Shown piece by piece: positions 51,703 through 64,000 of a stretch of DNA of 64,000 bases. Under the pieces are notes generated by a model, which was not told the DNA's origin, ran no database searches, and saw only the letters and a program-made list of their open reading frames with translations. This stretch comes from Ginglymostoma cirratum (lineage: Eukaryota), in NCBI GenBank assembly GCA_024137785.1, contig JAHRHZ010000251.1:20324908-20388907 (forward strand), read 5' to 3'. Positions within the stretch are counted from its first letter, which is position 1, and each line of letters begins with the position of its first letter. The translations under genes and the position numbers were made by a program.

Positions 51703-53004
51703 CTAGGGGAGGAAAAGGGGACAAATCACAAAACAAATGTAGGCAAATGCTAGGCCGAAGTTACAAAATAACTTCATTCCCCAATGGGATCATTTGTGTT
51801 ATAATGAGAAAGCAAAGAAGCTGCTGAAATAGTTTGTTCCTCTTTCTACCACTAGTTTGGTAGGTTCACTAATGCTTGGAACAGATTATTTCAGTACAAA
51901 AAACAAAAAATACATAATAAATAATTTTTATTCAAATTCAATAAAATAAGATGATGACTAATTTTGGATAAATACAAATAAATATCTTGTTTTATGCCAT
52001 AAAGTAATTTACCAAAACAACACTAATAAAATTGCACTATATATTTCTGAGAACTGCAGTAAAAAGGTAAGAACAAGCAAAGTTATGGAATTTGAACCAA
52101 TTCAAGCTGCAAAGACCTGTCACCTTTAAAGTTATACTGATACGAGAAGTTATTATAATTGAATGAACGAAATTACCATACATCATATAATAGAAACATA
52201 AATAGCCTTTGTTAAAGGTTTATATAAATATTTAAAATATACATATGATTTGAAGTAACCCAACTTATGGTTTTAGAATTGTATTAACACATTTCATAAT
52301 GCAGTTTTGCAAATTAATTAGGCATTAGGTGTGGAATTTTCGTAATGGCTACACATTAACAGTTGCATTTACAACCAGCTACTTAAAATTGATTTTCAGA
52401 GGGAAGTGACCCCTATTTAAATCATTTCATATATGCTTCCCAGGATTCTGAACTGTGTTTCGTCACATTGTGGAGAAATCTGCTTGGTACATGGAAAGTT
52501 GTGATCATTAGCACTTCTTTGCTTGCCCCAAGTACTCTGTGTCAAACTTCACAGCAGTTTCATAATGTTATATATATATATGATCTCCCATTATATATGT
52601 CCAAATTTTTCTTCCCATTTTTAAAATATCTTTTAGTTTGCTGAAAATCTATTTCAAATAAAACAGCGGCCCATATATTCCAGGCAATTTGTGGATGAAG
52701 AGAATGGATACAGTTTTAATTAAATACATATTTCTGAATCTTTTACATTTCAAAACATTATCTGTTTTATTATGTTTCCCTACTGACCTCTAGAACTGTT
52801 CATTTTTTCTTTATCTTCTTTCGCTTAATTTCGGGAAATTTGCTAATTTCTGTTTATTTTCCTTCCCAGATTCAAATTTATCTGATCTACGTTCTCATAA
52901 TATTTTTGAAAATCTGGATCAAGTTATCCTTTACTTAAACTAAGACATGATAAATACTTTGGGAGAACTCATTCTACAGATTGACAAAATAAAATCATCG
53001 ATTA

Positions 53005-53348
53005 AATTATAAAATCTCAATGCACAGAAACAGGCGATTTGGCCCATCAAGTCTGCACCAACCCTCCAAAGAGCATCCCACTCAGACCCACAACCCCACC
53101 ATATTCCTGTAACCCCGCATTTCACATGGCTAATCCACCTGGCCTGCATGACAAATTAGCATGGCCAATCCACCTAACCTGCACATCTTTGGACTGTGGG
53201 AGGAAAATTTAACATCTGGAGGAAACCCATGTAGACATGGGGAGAACAAGCAAACTCCACACAGCCAGTTGCTCAAGGATGGAATCAACCCCAGATCCCT
53301 GGTGCTGTGAGACAGCAGTGCTAACCACTGAGCCAATGTGCTGCCCCC
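53005..53348 (-). mobile_element. HE1-like V-SINE (tRNA head, V domain, CR1-like tail)
   Basis: Minus strand: ggcagcacattggctcagtggttagcactgctgtctcacagcaccaggga...cctcccacagtccaaagatgtgcaggttaggtggattggccatgctaa. Confidence 0.85.
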
Positions 53349-53679
53349 TAAATTAGAACACAATGAGGAAGTGACAGCTTCAGTCTAGTTTAGTAACCTC
53401 AGTCTGTGAAAGTTTCCAACTAACCAATCAACATTTTCACAGTTCTCAGAAGTCATCCAGCTAGTACTAAATTTCATGAGCTGAATCATGTTGCAAAGGA
53501 CTTTTGTTCTTAGCTGTATTTTTGCAGGAATATAATGATTTTACATGGGACTTAAGTATAAAATGCATATTCAGTAAAGGAAAAAGGGTAAATATGGAAA
53601 TTAGAGTCAATTTATCAGTGAAGGAGAGGCACAATAATAGTGGGAAATTTAAGAATCATTTGGCCAAATTTGGACAACA

Positions 53680-55170
53680 AAGGATTTCTTAAGAGCAAAT
53701 CATGTTGCACTGCCTTACGGGAAAACCAAAATGGTGGCTGTTGGCAGTCCAGTTGTTGAAATTTCAAAAGGCACTTAATAACATGCCACACATTCGGCTG
53801 TTTAGCAAAATTTATACTAAGGAGGTAAGGGACCAATTATAGCATAGATACAAAATTGGTTAAGAGATAGATAACACAGATGTTGTGAATGGCTGGATTA
53901 GCATGAGGACCACTTGTGAATTTGATTTGAATAATGACTTGAATTTCGATGTGCAAAACACAACTTTGAAAGTTGCAAATGGCATAAAACTTGGAAATGC
54001 AGTAAACAGTGAAGAAAATAGTGATAAACCTTAATTGGACAGAGGATGATTCGGCTGGACACATAACAGGTGAAATTCAACTGGAAACATGTTAAATTTT
54101 GGTAAGAGGAAAGAGGGGAGACAATGACGCAGGAACAGATAGCTCTAGAAGTGTTTTGAAAGAAACATTTTTGAAATTGTTGGGGAAGGTTCAGAAAGCA
54201 GACTCTATGACTTGTAAATTGAGGTATAAGTCAGGCGTGTAATGCTAAACTTGCTTAAAACACAAGTTTAGACTCAAGTGGAGTACATTGGGCACATGCT
54301 TAAGGAAGAATGTAAAGGTTTCAGAGAAGTTATGGAAGTGATTACCTAGAATTGTAACAGGAATAATAGATTACAATTACATGGATAAATTAGAGAAGCT
54401 GGGATGTGTTCTCCTTCAAGCAGAAAAGAAGGGCTTAGATGAAGTAAATGAAGAGGAACTGTAGGTTCCTATGGAGTGGGTTCTGGGGCAGTATATTAGT
54501 GGAAAGGCTGCTGATTGACTCAGGGGCCAACAGTTCAGCAGTGCCACAATGAATAGTGACCTTAGTTAAGGCTCTTACTCGAGGCATATGGTGTTCAATG
54601 GCTGGGCGCTTGCAAAGATATTTCACAAGTGGCTCCTAATGTGATGATGGACCCTCTGATCATGTCAAAATGGACATGGCTCATGACTGTCTACTTAACC
54701 AGCTTACTTAATTGGTTACTTAAGTGGGGGATCTAGTCATCAACATTCCTGCCATTGAGAAAATGACATGGCAGAAGAAAGCTATCAGTGATCCCATTCC
54801 CTTCCCGTGCTACTTTTTCCATCTTTCACACTTCCCAGCCCATCCCCAATTTGTCTGGAAAATTTGAACCACTGTTTCCAACAGCAGAATCATTGATCAA
54901 TGACCCATCAAGCAAGAGATTTCAGGAAATTGACAAAAGAGCTGGCTGGCTTTAGGTAAAACATTTTAAAATAATGAGTGTTTAGCATTTATGTATAATA
55001 CCTGACAGATTCAATAGTAGCTTTCAAAGGGAATTAGATAAATATTTGAAGGAGTAAGAAAGTTAAAAGGATATGGTTTAAAGAAAGCATGGAGTGGAAT
55101 AATTGAATTGTTCTTAGAAAGCGTTGCACATAGGCCAAATTGCACCATTCTATGTTGTACTGATTGCACA
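53680..55170 (+). mobile_element. Very degenerate CR1 LINE, interrupted by an unrelated segment at about 54430-54880
   Basis: Remnants of RSKSC, FQKA, K(F)ADxxKLG and LEKLG at the DNA level. 3' UTR-like taggccaaattgcaccattctatgttgtac. Confidence 0.6.
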
Positions 55171-58100
55171 TTATATTCTTCAGTGCAATTATACTATTGT
55201 CGAGATGAGCTGTCAAGTATATTTCGTTTCAAAACTATTTTTGTTAACAACGTAGCCGTGTGACAATTCATGACAAAGATAATCTTTGAATTGTACCAAC
55301 CTTTTGGATTGCCGCTTAATCATGGTTAACATATAAAATAATTTTAAATGTAATTCAGTGTGAACCTGAATCTGATTGGCAACTTAAAACAAGACTATGA
55401 GATACCTCTAAACGATAATATTTATCCAACTGGGGCTTTGCACCAGGTATAATGGTATTCTAGAAAATGCTTCTTTCCAAAGTTACATTCCTTCTGGTTC
55501 TATTTTATTTTGTTCAACAATGTTGCCTTAATTTGAAAGATCACCTCTGAGTATGTAGGGTAGATTTCTCCACAACTGCAGATGCTTGGCAGAGGTTCAG
55601 ATTTGTGTACAAAACTATTGGAATTTATTACTTTCTAAACAGAGTCAAAATTCTTAAAATATTCTTTCCAACTTTGAAATCTATGTAAAAAAAAGTTGTT
55701 AAATTCAATTAGTTATGATTAGTATAATATTAGCTATTCACAATAATTGGCACAAATCATGCAGTTCATTTGCTTGCCTTTCTTTTTCATTCAAATATGC
55801 AGAAGATCAGAAAATAGTGTACTATGAAGCATATACTCATAGTTAAAATTGGTGACATAAAACCTTTGAGGGTCAAATTATCACACAGTGACTAAATCAT
55901 ACACAGACTGATGGAATTAGAGAGCCAAGAATCCAGATGAGGTGGATCTTGCCTGCTCCTGACACCAATTAATGCAGCACATTACAGAAATGTTAAATTC
56001 AAGAAAACTGCAGGTGAACAAATGTGAAGACTAGAGGAAAGAGCATTTAATCTTCACAAAAATAAAATACTTTGTGTTGATTGACAGCTTGTGAATTAAA
56101 ATACCGAAAATTTTTCAAACCAAGAAGCATTGAAGACTATGGAAAGCCATCAATGCAGAATTATATTTTATGATGAATGCTCATCACAAACGTTGCTGAG
56201 GTGACTGGACACAGTTTAGTATGTTATTTGCTGTTTTCTCCAAACTTTGCAAAAATTTTCATTTTGGTAATTTTGATAACCATGGGTTAAATTATCAAGG
56301 GCATTGTACGAGTTGAGATGTTCATTCATCATTACTAAGGCAAGTCCAAATGTTTTGGAGGTCTTTGTTCGGATAGTTGGAACTACGTAGCATTTATTAA
56401 TCCATTTTGTCCCATAATGTGACATGTGCTTTTGCCCATTTTGTTTTACCACATGGAAAATTCCAAGTATTAGCCCTTCTATAATGGAAGGCATCAAGCA
56501 GAAGCATGGCAATTCACCACAGGAAGTTACAGAATTTAATGACTTGGTGCTTAATCTTACAAAATCTGCCATTGGCCAGTTAAAAAAGTAATAATAAATA
56601 GATTATATATCCTGGGTACAGTCCTCTAGCCCATCCATCCAGATAATGAATGAAATGTTCAAAGGAATCTATAGAAAAATAGTTGTAATGTGCCTGAAAA
56701 GTAAATTTATGTGGGGTTTATCCCAATCGCCTGCCATAACTTCAACAGAAAACTTGGAGAATTGCCAAAAATAGCAGTTTATCCCTTTGTTGCAGGACTT
56801 CTGTTAACATTATGACAGTATATCAGTTGAATCCAGTTATGATAGATATCTAATGACTGGGCTGTGAAGAAAAAACCTGCAGAATAAATGTTAGTCATAG
56901 TGGTATAGCCACTGTTTTAAAAAAAGTGAGGAGATATGCGGCAAATGGAGTGACTAAATGCATTGTTATCGTAATGAGATATATCCAATCAAAATAAAGA
57001 GACATTTCATTTGTGGCTTGTGCAAATATTTTGAAAGGCCCAGGGTTTTTTTATTTGACTCAAAGACCCTAGTTAAAATTGTTATTGATGTCAGGTATTC
57101 ACAGGATTAGTTTAGGGTGTGGCGACCCAAAAATAGCTCAATGACCTCAAGCATGCTCCTGTCCTGTCCTGAGATATGACCACAGTTGAAAATTCCACAA
57201 ATTCATTATATTAAAAAAACACTTGTACTGCATCTCTAGTCTTTGGTCAGACAGTTTATACAAATACGTAAGCTGATTGTGACATTTTACCATGTCACAA
57301 ATTGCTACTAGAATTTATCATTGAGCATTTTTCATTAATTATACTTCGACATTGATAAAATAACTCAATGATCTGAATTCCAAGCTTCAACATGTCAACT
57401 TCAGCAACGTACTGTCACTGTCAGTTAGGTTTTACCCTAAAGCATAAATCAACAACTTCAAACTAGGAAGCCACAAGTCAGCAGACAAGAAATAAAATGT
57501 CCAGGAATTATTAGGGATTTAAGTTATGTTTCTATATTAATTTTCTATTGAAGCAATCTTTCAGGCCTTGACTTAATTCTTTTTTTGAGGAATGAGCTGC
57601 TTTCAGTTGAAACACTAGCCTTCAAAAAGCTTGATTAGACATAACTTTGAATAGCAGTTGGTGACTGAGTATAATATCAAAACTTACTTACTTATTCAAA
57701 TAGACTGCCTGACCAATGACTAGAAACATTGTAGCATTGTCTTGTAATTCAATGCTCTGTTCCTACTTTTAACTATGGTATATTGGAAGGCAGGGCCTAA
57801 AAAAAAATGTATATCAGTCGGTCTATCAATGAAAATTTATCTCTGTGGAGCAACGTAGGTTAATTGCTCATCTTTGCAAGTCTTGGCTTAAATATTACTC
57901 AAAGGCTTTATTCTCTTTGATAACATTATGTCTTCTTAATACTGCTCTTCAGATTGATTAATTAAATAGCCTAATTAATTTATTAAGATAGTTGTGATAT
58001 TGACTAGTGGAGTAAATCAATGATGCTTCTTTATATAGGCAAACAGGAAGGGATGAAAGGTATTGCCAGCACAAACAGTCTTTTTTATTGCTTGAACTTG

Positions 58101-58978
58101 AACTAATTTCTTTTTGATTAAGTTATTTTAAGGCCATTTGTCACGGTTTAATGTGTGACACATGTGTCCAGTCCCTATCAGAAGGTCAGAGATGAGAAAG
58201 CAATGTACAGTGAGATGTCATGCTTGGCTGTGGTAGCAGCACAATTTGTTTGTTTTGTTGTTATCCCCCAATCAGACTAGACACCTATTCTTTGTAGACC
58301 AGTAATCAGAGCAACAACCTTTGAAAAATGGTTTGTGTTAGTTACATAGCAAAAAGAACACAAATTCCATTACCTCACCAGTTAGCATTTAGCATTTATA
58401 AATAAATTACACAGACTCCGAATACATAATAACATTTCTTGTATGAAAAACCAACAATTTACTTTTTCAATGCTTGGATCAAAGAACACTTTTCAGATTC
58501 TTATAGTTTTAACAGTGAGTTGCTAAAAAAAAAGTTACCAGCAAGTAGGCAAAGGTTTCCATTTTCCTAAGAATTTCAGGCAAATGGTTTTTAATTTCAA
58601 ACATTAAAGTAATTCATAAGCAAGGTTCCATCAATAATCACTGCCTTCATTTCATTTTCTAACACTATTATGTAGAATAGGAATGCTTGCTACTTTAGAT
58701 CACAACATTTCCAGTATTCAATTCTGTTTTTATAATGCTCAACAAAATCTACTCTTATATCACAAACTCAATCTCAACAGAGTGAACCAGGTGCTTCCAT
58801 CTTAATATTCCAATTGTACAGCCATCCTTCCTGTAAACTGAGAGCAAATTAAATCTCTGTTTTTGCATTAGTCATGCCTGTGACAATTTGAGTAATGACC
58901 TTGAAGAAATATTGAGACCATGATTTAAAAGTAAGTCATATCTTCGTGTCATCGCATGGAAACACTACATTTAATTAA

Positions 58979-59219
58979 AAGCAAAATACTGTAAATGTCG
59001 TAAAGTGGACACACACAGAGAATGCTGGAGATACTCAGCAGGTCCACCAGTATCTGCAGAGAGAGAAATAGAGTTAACGTTTCGAGTCCAGTGTGAATCT
59101 CTTCTCGGAACCGAAGAAGTTGCTTTGAAGAGTCATTCTGGACTCAAAATATTTAACTCTGTTCCTCTCTAGAGATATTGTCAGACCTGCTGAGTTTCTC
59201 TAGCATTCTCTGAGTTTGT
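58979..59219. mobile_element. Penelope-derived fold-back insertion (arms about 90 bp) with 11-bp TSD
   Basis: cagagaatgctggagatactcagcaggtc...agagttaacgtttcgagtccag / ctggactcaaaatatttaactct...gacctgctgagtttctctagcattctctg. TSD cat(t/g)taattaa at 58968-58978 and 59220-59230. Confidence 0.72.
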
Positions 59220-60287
59220 CATGTAATTAATGAAGTTGGCTACTGTTAGCAATGTCAGGAACAGAACTGAACTACTGTAATCAGAGGAGCATAGTTATTC
59301 ACTCCAGGAAGACAAGCAGCTGTCAGAAAGATTCAATAAAAACTGGGGCTTCTTGTCACAAGTCTTAAAATGTTTGGTGTCTTTATACAGTAAGTATTCA
59401 TGCAAAGTTGTGGTTGCATTCTTGAAAGTTCCTACTTTAAATTAAGCAACTTTAAGTGAATCAGAGGATACCATAGGAATCAGTGTTAAAGTCAGAGTTA
59501 GGATCATCCAGCTATTTTTTACCAGGGAAGAAACAATGTACAATTTGAAAGACTGTACCACACATGTTCAGCAATGTGCATTTCTAGCCTAAATGACTTA
59601 AAACAAAACTCATCACTAACTATAAAAGGAATGCAATATAATATACTTCCTTATCTTAAAATATAGAAAAAAATCTCACCTGTATTTTTAGACTGACCAG
59701 GCTCCAACTAGTGGCAGATGTTAGAAAGTGCAACAGAGCTTCAGAGTCACTGACCGGCCAACTCCTGCCACCAGATGGAGCACTTATGTGCGAGATTGGA
59801 ATAGGAGAATAGTCAGGAAGTGGGAATGTGATCAATGGCAAAGGGAGCAACGTCATGCAAGGCTAGAGGGAGGCAAGGACTAGTGGGGTACGGAGAAAGC
59901 TGGGCCAGGTACAAATTGGGAGGCCAAGCTGTGGCAAGTACAGAAAAAGGCAATGGCAGGATAAGTAAAGGCAGAGGGGAAGGAGCAAAGGCAGCGAGCA
60001 GGTAACTCAAGGAATCCAGGTAGGGGAATGGGTGGTGAGCAGAGCCAACAATGTCAACTGAAAAAGGCTAGTGTAATTCCAGGAAACAGGCCTTAAAAAT
60101 AAAACAATGTTAATATGAAATCATGCTAAGTGGGGTTCCTTAAGAGGATTTACTGTATATTGATTGTTGTTAGCTATGCAAGATCCATGTGTCAACAGAA
60201 ATAAGACTAAAAACGGCAAACATATCCAAGAAAAATCACAACAAGCCGTGTATTATTCTCCACATCATTTAACTATATTCTATTTAA

Positions 60288-60635
60288 CTATAGAATCATG
60301 GAATCCCTTCAGAAAGTGGCCATTCACCCATTGAGTCTGCACTGACCCTCGGAAGAACATCCCACCAAGATCCAGTCTCATCCCTGTAAACCCACACTTA
60401 CCATGGCTAAGCCCCCATGTCTGCACGTCCCTGGACACTATGCGCAGTTTAACAGAGCCAATCCACCCAACCTGCACATCTCCGGACTGTGGGTGGCAAC
60501 CAGAGCACACGGAGCCAACCCACATAGACACAGGGAGAACATGCAGACTTCACAAAGACAGTCACCTGAGGATGGAATCGAAACTAGGTCCCTGGCAATG
60601 TGAAGTAGTGCCAACGACTGAGCCACCATGTCACC
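60288..60635 (-). mobile_element. HE1-like V-SINE, second copy
   Basis: Colinear with 53005-53348. Minus-strand head tggtggctcagtcgttggcact...ccagggacctagtttcgattcc. Confidence 0.82.
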
Positions 60636-63600
60636 AATTAAAAGAACAATATTATAGCTGAAATGCACAGAAATCTACAGCACAGCATCAGACTTTCAAC
60701 CAGATAGGCCTGAATTTAAATCCTGTTCTTGGCAATCATTCAAAAGGGCAGGTTTTATCAGTGGTCCACCAGGTTATTGAATTGAGAGCTTTTCTGCAGT
60801 TAACAATTCTACTTTTGGCATTAAAGATTAATAGTCCTGACCCACAGTCCATTCCACCTTCTTTCACAAATCTGCAGTGTAAGCCTGTGAGATCAGGCAG
60901 TGTCTCTTCATTAGCTGAAGTCAAAAGGATGTTTTTGGTGGTAATAACAAAGACACTGAGAAGGGGTGGAGAGAGTGGTGACAGAGAGGGAAATTGTGGC
61001 AAAACACGTAAATTTAAAACACAGAATGGTTAATAAGTGCTGAATGGTATTCGATTAGTTTATAAAACTTTACAGAATTGTGGAAACCTCCTAATTAAGA
61101 AGGCTATCATGAGGTTATCACGAATCACAATACATTCTCCAATTGATTGATAAATCCAAATCTCCTAATGTTTCTAAATGCTGGTACTCATTTTAATAGC
61201 AACTCCTGTGATTGTAAAGCTGATGGGTTTTTTCTGTGTGTGGCTGTGGAGACAAACATTACACTGTAGATCAATTTCTGTGATGTCAATGGAGCCTAGG
61301 TCAAAAAGGCTGTTGACCTGGCAATACCAGTTATAAAATATGGCTGCAAAGAGTCTCAGAGTTTAAAAAAAATGCTGACGCATTGTCAGTTTATTTGTGT
61401 TTTTTCTGGAAGTATTACAATTAACTATTTATAAACTATACAAACAGAGAAGTTTATTTTTAACCAATCTATTTGCAGCAAAGAGTAGTTAAATCTGAAC
61501 TTCTTAACTGTCTTCTTTGAACAAGGTTATTGAAAGATAGATACTATATTTAACTTTGAATCTTGATAACTATATGAAAATATTTGTCGCAAAGACATGG
61601 AAACATTCCAGTTCGTCCTTATTGCAAAAACACAAGAAGACTGCTTGGTACCAAAACTTTAAATCGATATGAACTACTTGATTAGTCTGTGCATCATAAC
61701 CCTTGTTTGACAAATGGATGTACTGTTATACACAACATGTCATGTTCTGGGCACATCTGATCATATCTTTAGGAGAAGTTTGTTTCACTGCTGTGGATCT
61801 AAGAATTAGAACCTATTAGCTTTCGTGGTTATTTTGTAAAGGAACACCATTAGCAACTCTAGAAGATTGGTAGCTAGTTCTCATCAACATGAAGGATCTA
61901 ATGAATAGGACTGTGAGGCTAATGAATCGCCAGATTTCAGGTGATGCAAACAACATTTATGGTGTTTTTCCAAAGTCATCAGTAACGCAAAATGGAACAA
62001 GCAATTAATTAATATACACAATTCCTTTTAAAGTGTAACTTCTATAATGTGAGACAAGTAATTCTGAAGTCACACGTTTGTATTTTCTTCTGTATAAAAG
62101 TCATACAGATAAGATTAAAATAAAATATTGGAAAAATTGTTAAATACTAGTAGTTTTGTGAACAATTTTGACCATAATTCCATTGTGTCATTGTTTGTAA
62201 GTATGTTTGTCATTGTAACATGCGGTGTTGCTTTCCTGTGTAGTTTTCCATATGAAGAATGGAATGCATGTTTGACAGACAGAAAGAGAAATAAGGAGTG
62301 GCATTTCATTAGAACCTTCAAGAAACACTGTCTCACAGAAAGTAGTTAGAGTCCAGCATTGATATAAATAGAATGGTTTATAGTCTAAGCAGCTAAGGTT
62401 TCGTGATATTTACATCATTGACAAGAGCCACTAATTGACTGTGTTTACAAAAACAACATTTTCCAGGTGGTTTGGGGGGGGTGGGGAGTTGTGATGGTGA
62501 GGGTAGGAATATGAGACTCAATTGAAATAGAGATTGAACTTAAAAGATTTCTTGTCACCCTTTCTCTCATTGTCTTTCCTTCCTTAAAATTTGATTTTTC
62601 AAGTATGGCATTGCAAACTGGCATCTATTAATTAACATTAAGGCTGACATCATCAGAAACAGATCTATGGATACAAGAAACATGTCAAACATTCAAACGA
62701 TTACATAAAGCCATTGTCAGTGAATGTGGACCACGCAACAAGATTTCCTATTATGCAGAGGGAATAGCGATTCATAACATTGCATTTTTAAAAAAATCTG
62801 AAAGCAAGAGGACTGTCCAAGTAAAAATTCAATAGCTATTGGGAAAGATCAAAGAAGCTAAATATTCAAGTTAATATAAGACCCTGTATCAATCCCGAAC
62901 TACTGCAGCCTGCTACTTTGCTGTAACCATGTACCAAATCTCTGGGGCCAACATATATTATTTCTCAACATTTTTGTCATTTGTGCCTCCTGTTGTCACT
63001 CCATTATCAGTTCAGTTATTTAAACATCTCTGGTCCTCCATTTAAACAAACATCCACTTTTCCAGGCTTTATTTTCTTATAAGCTGTTGAACCTGTTACA
63101 CCTCCAATTCTAAGATAGGGTTACTGATCTAAAAGATTAGGTTGCATTTTACAGGCCCCAGGTAGAAGATTTGTAGGCAGGATTTCTGAAAGGGTGTCAT
63201 GTCTGCTATCCACCTACTTGCTCCGCTACAACTTTACCTGCCGCTTGGGAGGCATTGACTGGTCGGTCCATACGTAGAATGATTGAAGCCCCTAAGTGAC
63301 CAATTAATGCCACTTTAAAAGCCTGATCCTGCCACAGTTGCAATTTACCAAATGGCAGGCGATGCCCATGTCAAATCAGCAGCTTTCACTGTAAGTGTTT
63401 ATGGTAGGCTAGGGGAAGGTGCATCCTTTCTCACCCCATGTTGCCCTTCACTCCAGCCTCCCACCCAACCCTGTAAGCCCCTGTAATACTCCTCTCCTAT
63501 CTAACTTTCATTCTAACTCTTCGTGTTGGGGACTTTTGAAGTCCCAGCACCAGACATTTCTCCTGGTAGGTTAGAAGGAACAGAGTGCTGCCAACCATTT

Positions 63601-64000
63601 CACTGACTGGGAGCTTTCTGACAGGGTATCTCCTGCCCAGATTAGGGCAGATGTCTAAAAATAATTAATGACTCTCTGGAATTAGATCATTGTAGAGGGA
63701 GATGCTGGAGTGGTCCTGCCTCATCCCTGATTTTTCTCTGAGGGCAGGACTACAGTTTCCCATTAAATCCAATCTATCCGGCCCTAATTTCCTCTCTCCT
63801 TTTCTGATTTTCTGTGAGTCTCTAGCATATTCTTGTTTTACGTTCAGATTTTAAGATCTGAAATATTTTGCCTTTTATTGCATGTTTCAAATCTTGTTTT
63901 AGTCGTTGACCCATACTTCAATATTTTGCACCTATAATATTTAATATTATGCTAGTAGATAATTTATTTCCTCCCCGGTCATCTTAGTCAATGCAGTGCT

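Noticed and set aside
53121-53185. Tandem near-repeat catggctaatccacct...catggccaatccacct inside the SINE
   Set aside because: The same internal duplication is present in the 60.4-kb copy, so it is a family feature.
53290-53348. tRNA-like sequence with A and B boxes (also near 22690, 45140 and 60580-60635)
   Set aside because: These are SINE heads continuing into SINE bodies, not tRNA genes.
60736-61002. ORF containing HCRFVKEGGMDC, considered as the missing shared EGF exon
   Set aside because: It lacks the C-x7-C-VNGG-x-C pattern and suitable splice sites. The real exon is probably beyond the window.
1-64000. Prokaryotic-type systems (CRISPR arrays, operons, rRNA) and the many 60-120 aa ORFs in the track
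   Set aside because: The DNA is intron-rich vertebrate sequence and no spaced direct-repeat array was seen. Short ORFs outside the listed exons and transposons show no recognisable motifs.

Overview
This is eukaryotic, CpG-depleted vertebrate DNA. The repeat families (HE1-like V-SINE, Deu-domain SINE, abundant CR1 LINEs) point to a cartilaginous fish, probably a shark. The window holds the 3' half of a neuregulin-2 (NRG2) gene on the minus strand. Eight coding exons were reconstructed by hand, all with GT-AG boundaries and consistent phases: EGF-alpha (51632-51702), EGF-beta (51318-51376), a 24-nt linker microexon (29826-29849), the transmembrane exon (28036-28138) and four cytoplasmic exons ending at the stop at 16861. 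The shared N-terminal EGF exon and the Ig exons were not found and presumably lie beyond 64000. The rest is intron, 3' UTR and intergenic DNA with decayed transposons: CR1/L2 LINEs, a Gypsy relic, Harbinger transposase and Myb fragments, several SINEs including an LF-SINE-like copy, and Penelope-like fragments. Four points stand out. (1) The beta exon of this NRG2 looks like NRG1-beta, including an NRG1-beta3-like read-through tail followed by poly(A) signals. (2) The microexon has an SRRM4-type acceptor context. (3) Short TSD-flanked Penelope-derived insertions carry minimal hammerhead-ribozyme motifs. (4) One Penelope insertion contains an inverted copy of nearby flanking DNA. I cannot claim a wholly new biological system from this window. 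Comparisons to human proteins and repeat consensuses are from memory and need alignment to confirm.
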